Source: Candidatus Multivoradales bacterium (lineage in GTDB: Bacteria > Acidobacteriota > Thermoanaerobaculia > Multivoradales > JAHEKO01). Taken from it: a stretch of DNA of 64,000 bases. The notes beneath the pieces were generated by a model. It made no database searches. It saw nothing but the letters and a program-made list of their open reading frames with translations, and had not been told where the DNA came from. The stretch spans positions 1,267,881 through 1,331,880 of the forward strand of contig CBDCVR010000014.1 of the NCBI GenBank assembly GCA_965223155.1, read 5' to 3'. Made by a program: the position numbers and the translations under genes. Shown piece after piece: positions 40,524 through 49,052 of this stretch; position 1 is the first letter of the stretch, and each line of letters opens with the position of its first letter.

Positions 40524-42283
40524 TGGGGCACGCCGCGCGCCAGCGGGCCGGTTCGCTTCAGCAAGGGTGCGCTCGGCGGGCCCGGTTCGGACTCGGACTC
40601 GCGCTCGCCCTGGCGCTCGCGGCGACCCCCCTCTCCGGCCAGACCCGGCCGCACCGGCCGGCCTCGGAAGGGCTCGTCGTGAGCGACCACGAGCTGGCTT
40701 CTGCGGCCGGCCGGGACGTCCTCGCCCGCGGCGGCAACGCCGTCGACGCTGCGGTCGCCACCGCCTTCGCGCTCGCCGTCACCCATCCGGCCGCGGGCAA
40801 CGTCGGCGGTGGTGGATTTCTCCTCTTCCATGGCGCCGACGGCGACGCGACCAGCTTCAACTTTCGGGAGACGGCGCCGGCGGCCGCCCGCGAGGAGATG
40901 TTCCTCGATCCCAGCGGCGAGGTGCGGGCGAATTCCAATCACGACGGCCCGCTCTCGGTCGGCGTACCGGGTACGGTCGCGGGGCTCTGGGCCGCACACC
41001 AGCGTTTCGGCAGCCTACCCTGGAAGGACCTTGTCCAGCCCGCCGTGGATCTGGCCGAGAACGGCTTTCCGGTGACCTGGGAGCTCATCCCGTTCATGAA
41101 GCGGCTGGCCAAGGTCGACCATCCCTGGTACCGGGAGACTCGCAAGGTCTTTCTGAAAGAAGGCGAGCCCTACGCCGCCAACGAGCTCTTGCGGCAGCCC
41201 GATCTGGCCCGCACTCTGGAGCGGATTCGCGACTCCGGCCGCGACGGCTTCTATCTCGGCGAGACCGCCGAGCTGATCGTCGCGTACATGGAGTCGATGG
41301 GCGGGCTCATCACGCGGGAAGATCTGGCGGCCTACGAACCCATCGAGCAGCCACCGGTGCGAGGCACCTACCGGGGCTGGCAGATCCTGGGCATGGCGCC
41401 GCCGTCGAGCGGCGGAGTCGCCGTCATCCAGATGCTCAACGTTCTCGAGGCGTACGATCTCGAGACGCTCGGCCACAACAGCGCGGCCTACGTCCACCTG
41501 CTGGCCGAGGCGATGCGGAGGGCGTTCGCCGACCGCGCCCAGCACCTCGGCGATCCGGCCGCCAACCCCGACCTGCCGGTCGAGCGCCTGCTGTCCAAGA
41601 AACACGCCGCCGCCGTCCGCCAGACGATCGAGCCCGACCGCGCCTCGACCAGCGATCCTGACGAGCTCGATTCGCCCTACGTAGCCCGGAGCGAGAGCGA
41701 GGAGACGACCCACTTTTCGATCGTGGACGCCGACGGCGACGCCGTGGCCGTGACCTATACCCTCGAGTACTCCTACGGCTCGCGCATGGTGGTCGAAGGC
41801 GCCGGGTTTCTGCTCAACAACGAGATGGGCGATTTCAACCCGCTCCCCGGCAAGACCTGGCGCAACGGAATCATCGGTACGAAACCGAACCTCATCGCGC
41901 CGGGCAAGCGCATGCTCTCGTCGATGTCTCCCACCATCGTGGCCAAGGACGGCAAGCCGGTCTTGATCGTGGGCAGCCCCGGCGGCCGGACGATCATCAA
42001 CACCGTCCTTCAGGTTCTCTTGAACGTCCTCGACCACGGCATGAACGTGGCCGAGGCGGTGGCCGCGGGCCGAGTCCACCACCAGTGGCTGCCCGACGAC
42101 CTCCGCGTCGAGCGCTGGGGGCTCTCGCCCGACACCGAGCGGCTTCTCACCGCCAAGGGGCACCGTCTGGTGCCGCGCGGATCCCAAGGGCGCGCCCACG
42201 TGATCTTGATCGACCCCGAGTCCGGGATGCGCTACGGCGCCTCCGACCCCCGAGCCTTCAACGGCAGCGCGGCCGGCGACTAA
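40523..42283 (+). CDS. ggt: Gamma-glutamyltransferase
   Basis: GGNAVDAAVA, FRETAP, VGVPGTV, ETTHFS (catalytic Thr), LLNNEMGDF, SSMSPT, GSPGG. Confidence 0.95.
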   Translation: MGHAARQRAGSLQQGCARRARFGLGLALALALAATPLSGQTRPHRPASEGLVVSDHELASAAGRDVLARGGNAVDAAVATAFALAVTHPAAGNVGGGGFLLFHGADGDATSFNFRETAPAAAREEMFLDPSGEVRANSNHDGPLSVGVPGTVAGLWAAHQRFGSLPWKDLVQPAVDLAENGFPVTWELIPFMKRLAKVDHPWYRETRKVFLKEGEPYAANELLRQPDLARTLERIRDSGRDGFYLGETAELIVAYMESMGGLITREDLAAYEPIEQPPVRGTYRGWQILGMAPPSSGGVAVIQMLNVLEAYDLETLGHNSAAYVHLLAEAMRRAFADRAQHLGDPAANPDLPVERLLSKKHAAAVRQTIEPDRASTSDPDELDSPYVARSESEETTHFSIVDADGDAVAVTYTLEYSYGSRMVVEGAGFLLNNEMGDFNPLPGKTWRNGIIGTKPNLIAPGKRMLSSMSPTIVAKDGKPVLIVGSPGGRTIINTVLQVLLNVLDHGMNVAEAVAAGRVHHQWLPDDLRVERWGLSPDTERLLTAKGHRLVPRGSQGRAHVILIDPESGMRYGASDPRAFNGSAAGD

Positions 42284-42332
42284 CAGGCGCCGAAGCCGTT
42301 TTCCCACCGCAACGCCCAAAGGAGTCCCGTCC

Positions 42333-45300
42333 ATGGCCCGAACCTTCCTCCTAACACTCGCCGCCGTCTTCGCGCTCGCTCTTTCCACGGTGCCCGCCGC
42401 ACCCGCCTCCGAGACTGGCGAGGCCGACGAAGCCGCCCCGTCCGCCGAGGCGGCTGAGTCGACTGAGGCCGAAGACTCCGGGGAAGTAGCCTGGAGTGTT
42501 TCCGAGCCGCCTGGTCCGTGGCGCACGGTCGCGATCGACACCACCGAGACGACCTGGTCCAACGTCGACGTCTCGCCCGACGGTTCGACCCTGCTCTTCG
42601 ACGTTCTGGGCGACATCTTCACGGTGCCGATCGCGGGCGGTGAAGCCACCGCGCTGACCTCGGACGTTGCCTGGAACTACCAGCCCAAGTACAGCCCGGA
42701 CGGCAGCGAGATCGTCTTCGTCTCCGACCGCGCCGGTGGAGACAACCTCTGGATTATGGGCTCCGCTGGCTCTGCTGGCTCCGCTGGCTCTGCTGGCTCT
42801 GCTGGCTCCGCTGGCTCCGCTGGCTCCGATAGCTCCGAGCCCCGAGCCGTGACCGCCGAGAAGGCCAACCTCGTTCACAACCCGTCCTGGAGCCCGGACG
42901 GCCGCTACCTCGTCGCCAAGAAGTCCTTCATGTCGACCCGCTCGATCGCCGCCGGCGAGATCTGGCTCTTTCACGCCGGGCACGAGGGCGGAGGTCTCCA
43001 GCTCACCAAGCGGCCGCACGGCGACCGCGACCAGAAGAACCAGGCCGACCCCGTGTTCTCGGCCGACGGAAGATACGTCTACTTCGCCCAGGACGTGACC
43101 TCTGGGCGCATCTGGCAATACGGCAAGGACTCGACCGGCCAGATCTTCGTCATCCAGCGCTACGATCGGGAGACCGGCAAGACCCAGCGATTCGTGACCG
43201 GTCCGGGCGGCGCGGTGCGGCCGACGCCGTCTCCCGACGGCAAGTACCTCGCCTTCATCAAACGCCTGCCGGGCCTCCAGTCGGCCATCTATCTGAAGGA
43301 TCTCGATTCGGGCCGGGAGTGGGCGATCTACGACCGCTTCGAGCGCGATCTCCAGGAGACCTCGGGCACCGAGGGCAACGCGCCCGCGATCGCCTGGACG
43401 CCCGACTCCGGGTCGATCGTCTTCTGGACCGGCGGCGGCTTCCACCGCATCGACGTCGCCTCGCGAGAGGTCACGGCGATCCCGGTGCGAGTACGCAAGG
43501 AGATGCGCGTGCGCGAGACCCTGCGCCGCACCGTCGAGGTCGCGCCCGAGACGTTTCGCGTGCGCATGCCGCGCTGGCCGGTGGTCTCTCCCGACGGCTC
43601 GACCGCGGTCTTCCAGGCCCTGGGGGTCCTCTGGACCAAGAAGCTGCCCGACGGCACGGCTCGACGGCTGACCGGCCAGGACGATCACTTCGAGTTGTTT
43701 CCGTCCTTCTCGCCCGACGGCCGCTCGATCGTCTACGCCACCTGGCATGACGGCGAGCAGGGCTCGGTGCGGATCGTCCCGGCCGCGGGCGGCAACAGCC
43801 GGGCGCTGACGTCGCGTCCGGGTAACTACGTCGAGCCCGCGTTCTCGCCCGATGGCAAGAGCGTCGCCTTCGGCCAGATCGGGGGCGGCTACCTGTTGTC
43901 GAACCTATGGTCGCTCGAGCCCGGCTTGTACACGGTACCGGCAGGCGGCGGCGAGCCCGAGCGTGTGACCGAGAGTGGATTCTCGCCCCGCTTCGGCGTC
44001 GGCGGAGAACGCTTGTTCTTCCTCGACCACGGCGAAAGCGGCCTGGTGCTGAAAAGCGTCAACCTGTCCGGCGACGACGAGACCACTCACGCCACCGGCA
44101 CCGGCATGGCCGAGCTCGCGGTCTCGCCGGACGGCCGCTGGCTGGCTTTCATCGAGGACTACCGTGCCTACGTCGCGCCCTTTCCGGCCATCGGACAGAA
44201 CCTGTCCCTGGGCAAGGGCACCACGTCGATCCCGGTGGCAAAGCTCTCCGGGCGCGCCGGCGACTTTCTGGCCTGGCAAGACGAAGCGACCCTGACCTGG
44301 AGCCGCGGGCCGGTGCTCTACCTGCGCGGTCTCGCCGAGGCGTTCTCATTTCTGGACGGCGCTCCCGAGGAGCTGCCCGAGCCGGTCGAGGAGGGCATCG
44401 ATCTCGGCTTCGACGTTTCCCACGACCGGCCCGAGGGCGTCATCGCCCTGGTCGGCGGCCGGGTGGTCACGATGCGCGACGCCATGAACGGCACCGAGGA
44501 GATCCTGGAGGACGGCGTCGTCGTGATCGAAGGCAACCGCATCGTCTCGGTCGGATCGCGGGACGCGGTCGAGATCCCCTCCGGAGCCCACGTCGTGGAC
44601 GTTTCCGGCAAGACCGTGGTGCCGGGCTTCATCGACGCCCATGCCCACGGCGGTTTCGGTCGCTCCCAGGTCATCCCGCAGCAGAACTGGATGCAGTTCT
44701 CAAATCTGGCGTTCGGCGTTACCACGATCCACGACCCCTCGAACGACACCTACGAGGTCTTCGCGGCCGGCGAGCTCCAGAAGGCCGGCAAGATCGTCGC
44801 GCCCAGGATCTTCTCGACCGGGACCATCCTGTATGGCGCCAAGGGAATCGGCTACCACGTGGACGTGGACTCGCTCGACGACGCCCGCTTTCACGTCAGC
44901 CGCATGCGGGACGTCGGCGCCATCTCGGTCAAGAGCTACCAGCTACCCCGGCGGGACTCCCGTCAGCAGTTGATCGAGGCCGGGGACGAGCTCGACGTCA
45001 TGGTCGTGGTCGAGGGCGGCATGAAGTTTCAGCACAACATGACCGAGATCGTCGACGGCCACACCACGATCGAGCACTCGATGACCTTGAAGACCGTCTA
45101 CGATGACGTCCAGCAGCTCTGGTCCCAGACCGGCACCGGCTACACGCCGACTCTCGGCGTCTCCTTCGGCGGGCTCGAAGGCGAGCGCTACTTCTACGAT
45201 CGCGACAACGTCTGGGAAAACGAGCGTCTGATGCGCTACACGCCGCGCTCCCGGGTCGAGCCGCGCGCCATCCGCCGGCAGACCGCCCCCGACAGCCACT

Positions 45301-45761
45301 ACAACCACATCCATGTGGCGGCGTCGGCCCGGGACCTGATGCGCCGCGGCGTCCCGGTCAACACCGGAGCCCACGGCCAGCGCGAAGGCCTGGCCACCCA
45401 CTGGGAGATGTGGATGCTGGCCCAGGGCGGCTTCTCGCCTTGGGAGGTTCTCCGGGCGGCCACCGCCAGCGGCGCCTACTCGCTCGGCCTCGACGCCGAC
45501 ATCGGCTCGCTCGAGCCCGGCAAGCTGGCCGATCTCGTCATCCTCGACGGCAATCCGCTGGACGACGTCCGCCGCACCGAGCACGTCCATGCCACCATGA
45601 TCAACGGCCGGCTCTTCGAGGCCGCGACCATGAACCAGGTGTGGCCCGAGACCGTCGCGCGCGGTGAGTTCTTCTGGGAGCTCGAGGGCGGCGACACCAT
45701 CCATCCGTCCACCGCCGCCTGGATGGCCGGCCGCGCCGAGCGCTTCGGCTGCCGGCACTGA
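42333..45761 (+). CDS. Secreted amidohydrolase with N-terminal TolB/PD40 propeller repeats
   Basis: Repeated P..SPDG motifs; PGFIDAHAH, GAHGQREGL, GSLEPGKLADLVIL. Confidence 0.9.
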   Translation: MARTFLLTLAAVFALALSTVPAAPASETGEADEAAPSAEAAESTEAEDSGEVAWSVSEPPGPWRTVAIDTTETTWSNVDVSPDGSTLLFDVLGDIFTVPIAGGEATALTSDVAWNYQPKYSPDGSEIVFVSDRAGGDNLWIMGSAGSAGSAGSAGSAGSAGSAGSDSSEPRAVTAEKANLVHNPSWSPDGRYLVAKKSFMSTRSIAAGEIWLFHAGHEGGGLQLTKRPHGDRDQKNQADPVFSADGRYVYFAQDVTSGRIWQYGKDSTGQIFVIQRYDRETGKTQRFVTGPGGAVRPTPSPDGKYLAFIKRLPGLQSAIYLKDLDSGREWAIYDRFERDLQETSGTEGNAPAIAWTPDSGSIVFWTGGGFHRIDVASREVTAIPVRVRKEMRVRETLRRTVEVAPETFRVRMPRWPVVSPDGSTAVFQALGVLWTKKLPDGTARRLTGQDDHFELFPSFSPDGRSIVYATWHDGEQGSVRIVPAAGGNSRALTSRPGNYVEPAFSPDGKSVAFGQIGGGYLLSNLWSLEPGLYTVPAGGGEPERVTESGFSPRFGVGGERLFFLDHGESGLVLKSVNLSGDDETTHATGTGMAELAVSPDGRWLAFIEDYRAYVAPFPAIGQNLSLGKGTTSIPVAKLSGRAGDFLAWQDEATLTWSRGPVLYLRGLAEAFSFLDGAPEELPEPVEEGIDLGFDVSHDRPEGVIALVGGRVVTMRDAMNGTEEILEDGVVVIEGNRIVSVGSRDAVEIPSGAHVVDVSGKTVVPGFIDAHAHGGFGRSQVIPQQNWMQFSNLAFGVTTIHDPSNDTYEVFAAGELQKAGKIVAPRIFSTGTILYGAKGIGYHVDVDSLDDARFHVSRMRDVGAISVKSYQLPRRDSRQQLIEAGDELDVMVVVEGGMKFQHNMTEIVDGHTTIEHSMTLKTVYDDVQQLWSQTGTGYTPTLGVSFGGLEGERYFYDRDNVWENERLMRYTPRSRVEPRAIRRQTAPDSHYNHIHVAASARDLMRRGVPVNTGAHGQREGLATHWEMWMLAQGGFSPWEVLRAATASGAYSLGLDADIGSLEPGKLADLVILDGNPLDDVRRTEHVHATMINGRLFEAATMNQVWPETVARGEFFWELEGGDTIHPSTAAWMAGRAERFGCRH
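42759..42839 (+). repeat. 9-bp tandem repeat (GGCTCYGCT) encoding (GSA)7-GSD-SSE
   Basis: Nine consecutive 9-bp units inside a propeller loop. Confidence 0.95.
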
Positions 45762-45770
45762 TCCTGAGCT

Positions 45771-46340
45771 TCACCCGCGCGAGGCACGCCGTCTCGATCC
45801 GACCTTCTGAAGCAGCAGGCTGGCACCGACGGTCATGGCTCCGGCGAGAGCATTGAAGCCGACGTCCCGCAAGTCGTAGACCCGGCCCGGCACCAGCGCC
45901 TGGAGTCCCTCATCGATCCAGCCGGCCAAGGCGGTGCCGCCCACGGCCAGAACCGCCGGCGCCGGCACCTTGCGACCGTTCGCACGGCGCTCGCTCAAGG
46001 CCCGGAAGACGAGCACCGCGAGCAGACCGTACTCGAAGAGATGGGTCCGCTCGGCCGCGGGAATCCCCATGCGCACCACCACCATGGCAAAGACGACGGC
46101 GATTCCGACGAGAAGCCCAATCTGGCGCCAACCCGGCGAACGCGCCAACGTGTCGAGCGCGATCGCCGCCAAGACCAGGACGAAGCCGGCGGCAAAGGCG
46201 ACCGGCAACAAGCCCCCGGCGTCGAGCGCCTCGACCAGCCGTCCCGCCACCGCGACGCTGGCCCAGATGAGGGCCACCACGGCGACTACCAGAAGCCACA
46301 ACCGGCCTTCCCGAACGGAGGAAACGAACGGCCTCTCCAC
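45771..46340 (-). CDS. VanZ-like membrane protein
   Basis: ERTHLFEYGLL and DEGLQALVPGRVYDLRDV..N motifs. Start uncertain. Confidence 0.75.
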   Translation of the reverse strand: MERPFVSSVREGRLWLLVVAVVALIWASVAVAGRLVEALDAGGLLPVAFAAGFVLVLAAIALDTLARSPGWRQIGLLVGIAVVFAMVVVRMGIPAAERTHLFEYGLLAVLVFRALSERRANGRKVPAPAVLAVGGTALAGWIDEGLQALVPGRVYDLRDVGFNALAGAMTVGASLLLQKVGSRRRASRG

Positions 46341-46359
46341 GAGATAGGATCTTCCCACG

Positions 46360-47238
46360 GTGACCCGAACCAGCCGCACTCCGGCCACCCTCGTCGTCCC
46401 GGTCTTCGCCCTCGCCTGCTGTCTGGCGTCGGTTCCATCCCGCTCGGAGGACAACGCCGCGACAATCATCCGACTGGCCTTCGAGGCCGCCAAGACCAAC
46501 TACGCTGCGGCCCGGCACTACGTCTACCACGAGCGCATCGAGGAGCTCCGCTTCGACCGCAAGGGCAAGCTCAAGCGACGCGAATCCCACACCTGGGACG
46601 TGACGCTCTTGGAGCACAGCGAACATCGCGTGCTGATCGAGCGCGACGACGCTCCGCTCTCGAGCGACGAGGCTGCGAAACAGCAGCGAAAGCTCGCCAA
46701 GCAGATCCGCAAGATGCAGCGCGAAACTCCGCGGCAGAAACGGAAACGGCTAGCCCGCATCGAGCGGAGCCGGCAAGAGGGCGAGGCGTTCCTAGCCGAG
46801 ATTCCGAAGGCCTTCGAATTTCGCATCCTCCGAGAGGAGGCCGTGGACGAAGTCGACACCTGGGTTCTCTCAGCCGAGCCCCGGCAGGGTTACGTCCCGA
46901 GCGGACGCGAAGCCCGAGTCCTGACCAAGGTGCGGGCGACCCTGTGGGTCTCCCGCGATGACTACGGCTGGGTCCAGGCCGACATCGAGACCCTTGCTCC
47001 CCTCACCTGGGCGTTGGTCTTGAAGCTCCACGAGGGCGCCCGTATCCGCTTCCGTCAACGCCGGCACGAGGACGGAACCTGGCTCACCGAGCGCTGGAAC
47101 GCCCGGTTTCGAGCCAAGGTCGCCCAAGTCGTGGGCTACAACCGCGAGCTCACCGGAACGTACGCCAACTTCCGAAAGTTCCAGACCGAGACCACCGCTA
47201 CCGGCTGGAGCGTCGAGTCCTCCTCGGTCGAGCGCTAG
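46360..47238 (+). CDS. Hypothetical exported protein
   Basis: Signal-like N-terminus; Y.Y.ERIEE...D.KG; FEFRIL.EE.VD..DTWVL.AEP; ATLWV..DDY. Possibly a LolA/RseB-like beta fold. Confidence 0.65.
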   Translation: MTRTSRTPATLVVPVFALACCLASVPSRSEDNAATIIRLAFEAAKTNYAAARHYVYHERIEELRFDRKGKLKRRESHTWDVTLLEHSEHRVLIERDDAPLSSDEAAKQQRKLAKQIRKMQRETPRQKRKRLARIERSRQEGEAFLAEIPKAFEFRILREEAVDEVDTWVLSAEPRQGYVPSGREARVLTKVRATLWVSRDDYGWVQADIETLAPLTWALVLKLHEGARIRFRQRRHEDGTWLTERWNARFRAKVAQVVGYNRELTGTYANFRKFQTETTATGWSVESSSVER

Positions 47239-47377
47239 CCTCGCCCGGTTCCCCGGTCGCGCTCCATGAGGCCGGTCCCGGAGGTCGGCGCCAGAAGACC
47301 GACAAGAGCCGGTCTCGGGTCGTGCCGGCGGAACGGAGCCGCGGTGGCCACACTCGATCCCATCCCCTCAGTGGGAC

Positions 47378-47407
47378 TTGACAGCGTCCGCTGGAGACGA
47401 TTATTCT
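47378..47407 (+). promoter_or_regulatory. Sigma-70 promoter
   Basis: TTGACA (47378-83), 18-bp spacer, TATTCT (47402-07). Confidence 0.6.
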
Positions 47408-47413
47408 CCAAAA

Positions 47414-47908
47414 ATGGAAATTGAAAGAACGATCGACAGCAAAGACCTGTCAATCCTGTCGATTCTTCAAGACAACGCCAGGATTTCGAACGCCGAGATC
47501 TCCCGGCGCGTCAAGCTCGCGCCCTCGGCAGTTCTGGAGCGAATCCGGCGTCTCGAAGACGACGGCATCATCGAGGGCTACCGCCCGCGGGTGCGGCCCC
47601 AAGCGCTGGGGCTCAGTCTTCTCGCCTTCGTCTTCGTCAAGGTCGAAGAGCTTCCCGGCGACGAATCCACCGGCCTCGCCATGGCCTCCATTCCTCAGGT
47701 CCTGGAGGTCCACCACATCGCCGGCGAGGACTGCTACCTGGTCAAGATCCGGGCCCGGGACACCGACGAGCTCGGCCAGGTTCTGCGCCGGAGCTTCGGC
47801 GCCATTCCCACGGTCCGCTCCACGCGGACGACCATCGTCTTGAACACGGTCAAAGAAGATTTCCAGATCCCGGTCGGGGCCGTGGATCGTTTTCGAGACG
47901 AAGGGTGA
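47414..47908 (+). CDS. Lrp/AsnC family transcriptional regulator
   Basis: IDSKDLSILSILQDNARISNAEI...LERIRRLE..GII.GY; EVHHIAGEDCYLVK. Confidence 0.95.
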   Translation: MEIERTIDSKDLSILSILQDNARISNAEISRRVKLAPSAVLERIRRLEDDGIIEGYRPRVRPQALGLSLLAFVFVKVEELPGDESTGLAMASIPQVLEVHHIAGEDCYLVKIRARDTDELGQVLRRSFGAIPTVRSTRTTIVLNTVKEDFQIPVGAVDRFRDEG

Positions 47909-48897
47909 CCCGATATCCCGAGCGGCCTTCCCCGCTTCTCCTGCTTCTGGCCTTCGCCGCCATCTACGTCATCTGGGGATCGACGTATCTCGCGATCCGG
48001 GTGGCGATCGAGACGCTGCCGCCGTTTCTGATGGCCGGAGCCCGGTTTCTCGTCGCCGGGCTGATCCTGTATCTCATAGCCCGGCCCAAGGCGGAGCGCC
48101 CCTCGCTCGCGCACTGGCGCAACGCCACCTTCGTCGGAGCCTTGCTCCTCCTGGGCGGCAACGGCGGCGTCGTCTGGGCGGAGCAGTGGGTACCGTCGGG
48201 CTTGGCGGCACTCCTCGTGGCTACCGTGCCGCTGTGGATGATCCTCTTCGAGTGGATCGGTCCGGACCGGATGCGGCCCTCCCGCCGGACCCTCGCTGGC
48301 CTGGTCCTTGGCTTCGCCGGAGTCCTGATCCTGGTCGGCGGTCCCGAAACTCAGGGAACGATGCCTTGGATTCCGGCCCTGGTGCTGATCGGCGCCTCGG
48401 CGTCCTGGGCCATCGGCTCTCTGGTCTCGCGCCGGATCGCCTTGCCGCGCTCGGCCTTTCTCGCCACTTCGATGGAGATGCTGGGCGGCGGCGGCGCTCT
48501 TCTCGCCACCGGCCTCCTCTGGGGCGAGGCCGCGGCCGTCGATCTCGAAGCGGTCTCGCTTCGCTCAGCCCTTGGGCTCGGCTACCTCATCGTGTTCGGC
48601 TCGATCATCGCCTTTACCGCCTACGTCTGGCTGCTGCGCGTCACGAGCGCCGCCAACGTCTCGACCTACGCCTTCGTCAACCCAATGGTTGCCGTGGTCC
48701 TGGGCTGGGCGCTGGCCTCGGAGCCGCTCACACCCAGAATCGGTCTCGCCGGGCTGCTCATCATCGGCGCCGTCTTCCTGGTCGTTCTGGCGAAGAAGCG
48801 GACGGTTCCGTCATCCCTCGCCGACGCCGATGAAATGGGCGACTGCGAGACGAGTTCACAACTCTGCTGCTCGGAGACGGCGACTCGAACCTGCTGA
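47905..48897 (+). CDS. EamA/DMT family transporter (YedA-like)
   Basis: IYVIWGSTYLAIR...PPFLMAG.RF, VPSGLAAL, YAFVNP.VAV.LG. GTGA overlap with the Lrp gene. Confidence 0.92.
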   Translation: MTRYPERPSPLLLLLAFAAIYVIWGSTYLAIRVAIETLPPFLMAGARFLVAGLILYLIARPKAERPSLAHWRNATFVGALLLLGGNGGVVWAEQWVPSGLAALLVATVPLWMILFEWIGPDRMRPSRRTLAGLVLGFAGVLILVGGPETQGTMPWIPALVLIGASASWAIGSLVSRRIALPRSAFLATSMEMLGGGGALLATGLLWGEAAAVDLEAVSLRSALGLGYLIVFGSIIAFTAYVWLLRVTSAANVSTYAFVNPMVAVVLGWALASEPLTPRIGLAGLLIIGAVFLVVLAKKRTVPSSLADADEMGDCETSSQLCCSETATRTC

Positions 48898-48961
48898 CCT
48901 CATCGACCGAACCGCCACACGAACCCGTCCAACCAAGCCCACCAGACCCATCCAGTAGGCT

Positions 48962-49015
48962 GAGCCATTCGAGCTATCCGAGCCAGCCAAGCCAGCCGAG
49001 CCATCCGAGCCAGCG
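48962..49015. repeat. Intergenic degenerate 9-bp tandem repeat (GAGCCAKCC)x6
   Basis: gagccattc gagctatcc gagccagcc aagccagcc gagccatcc gagccagcg. Confidence 0.8.
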
Positions 49016-49052
49016 TCAGACCAAGCCGCCGACCAGCAGGAGATACGACACC

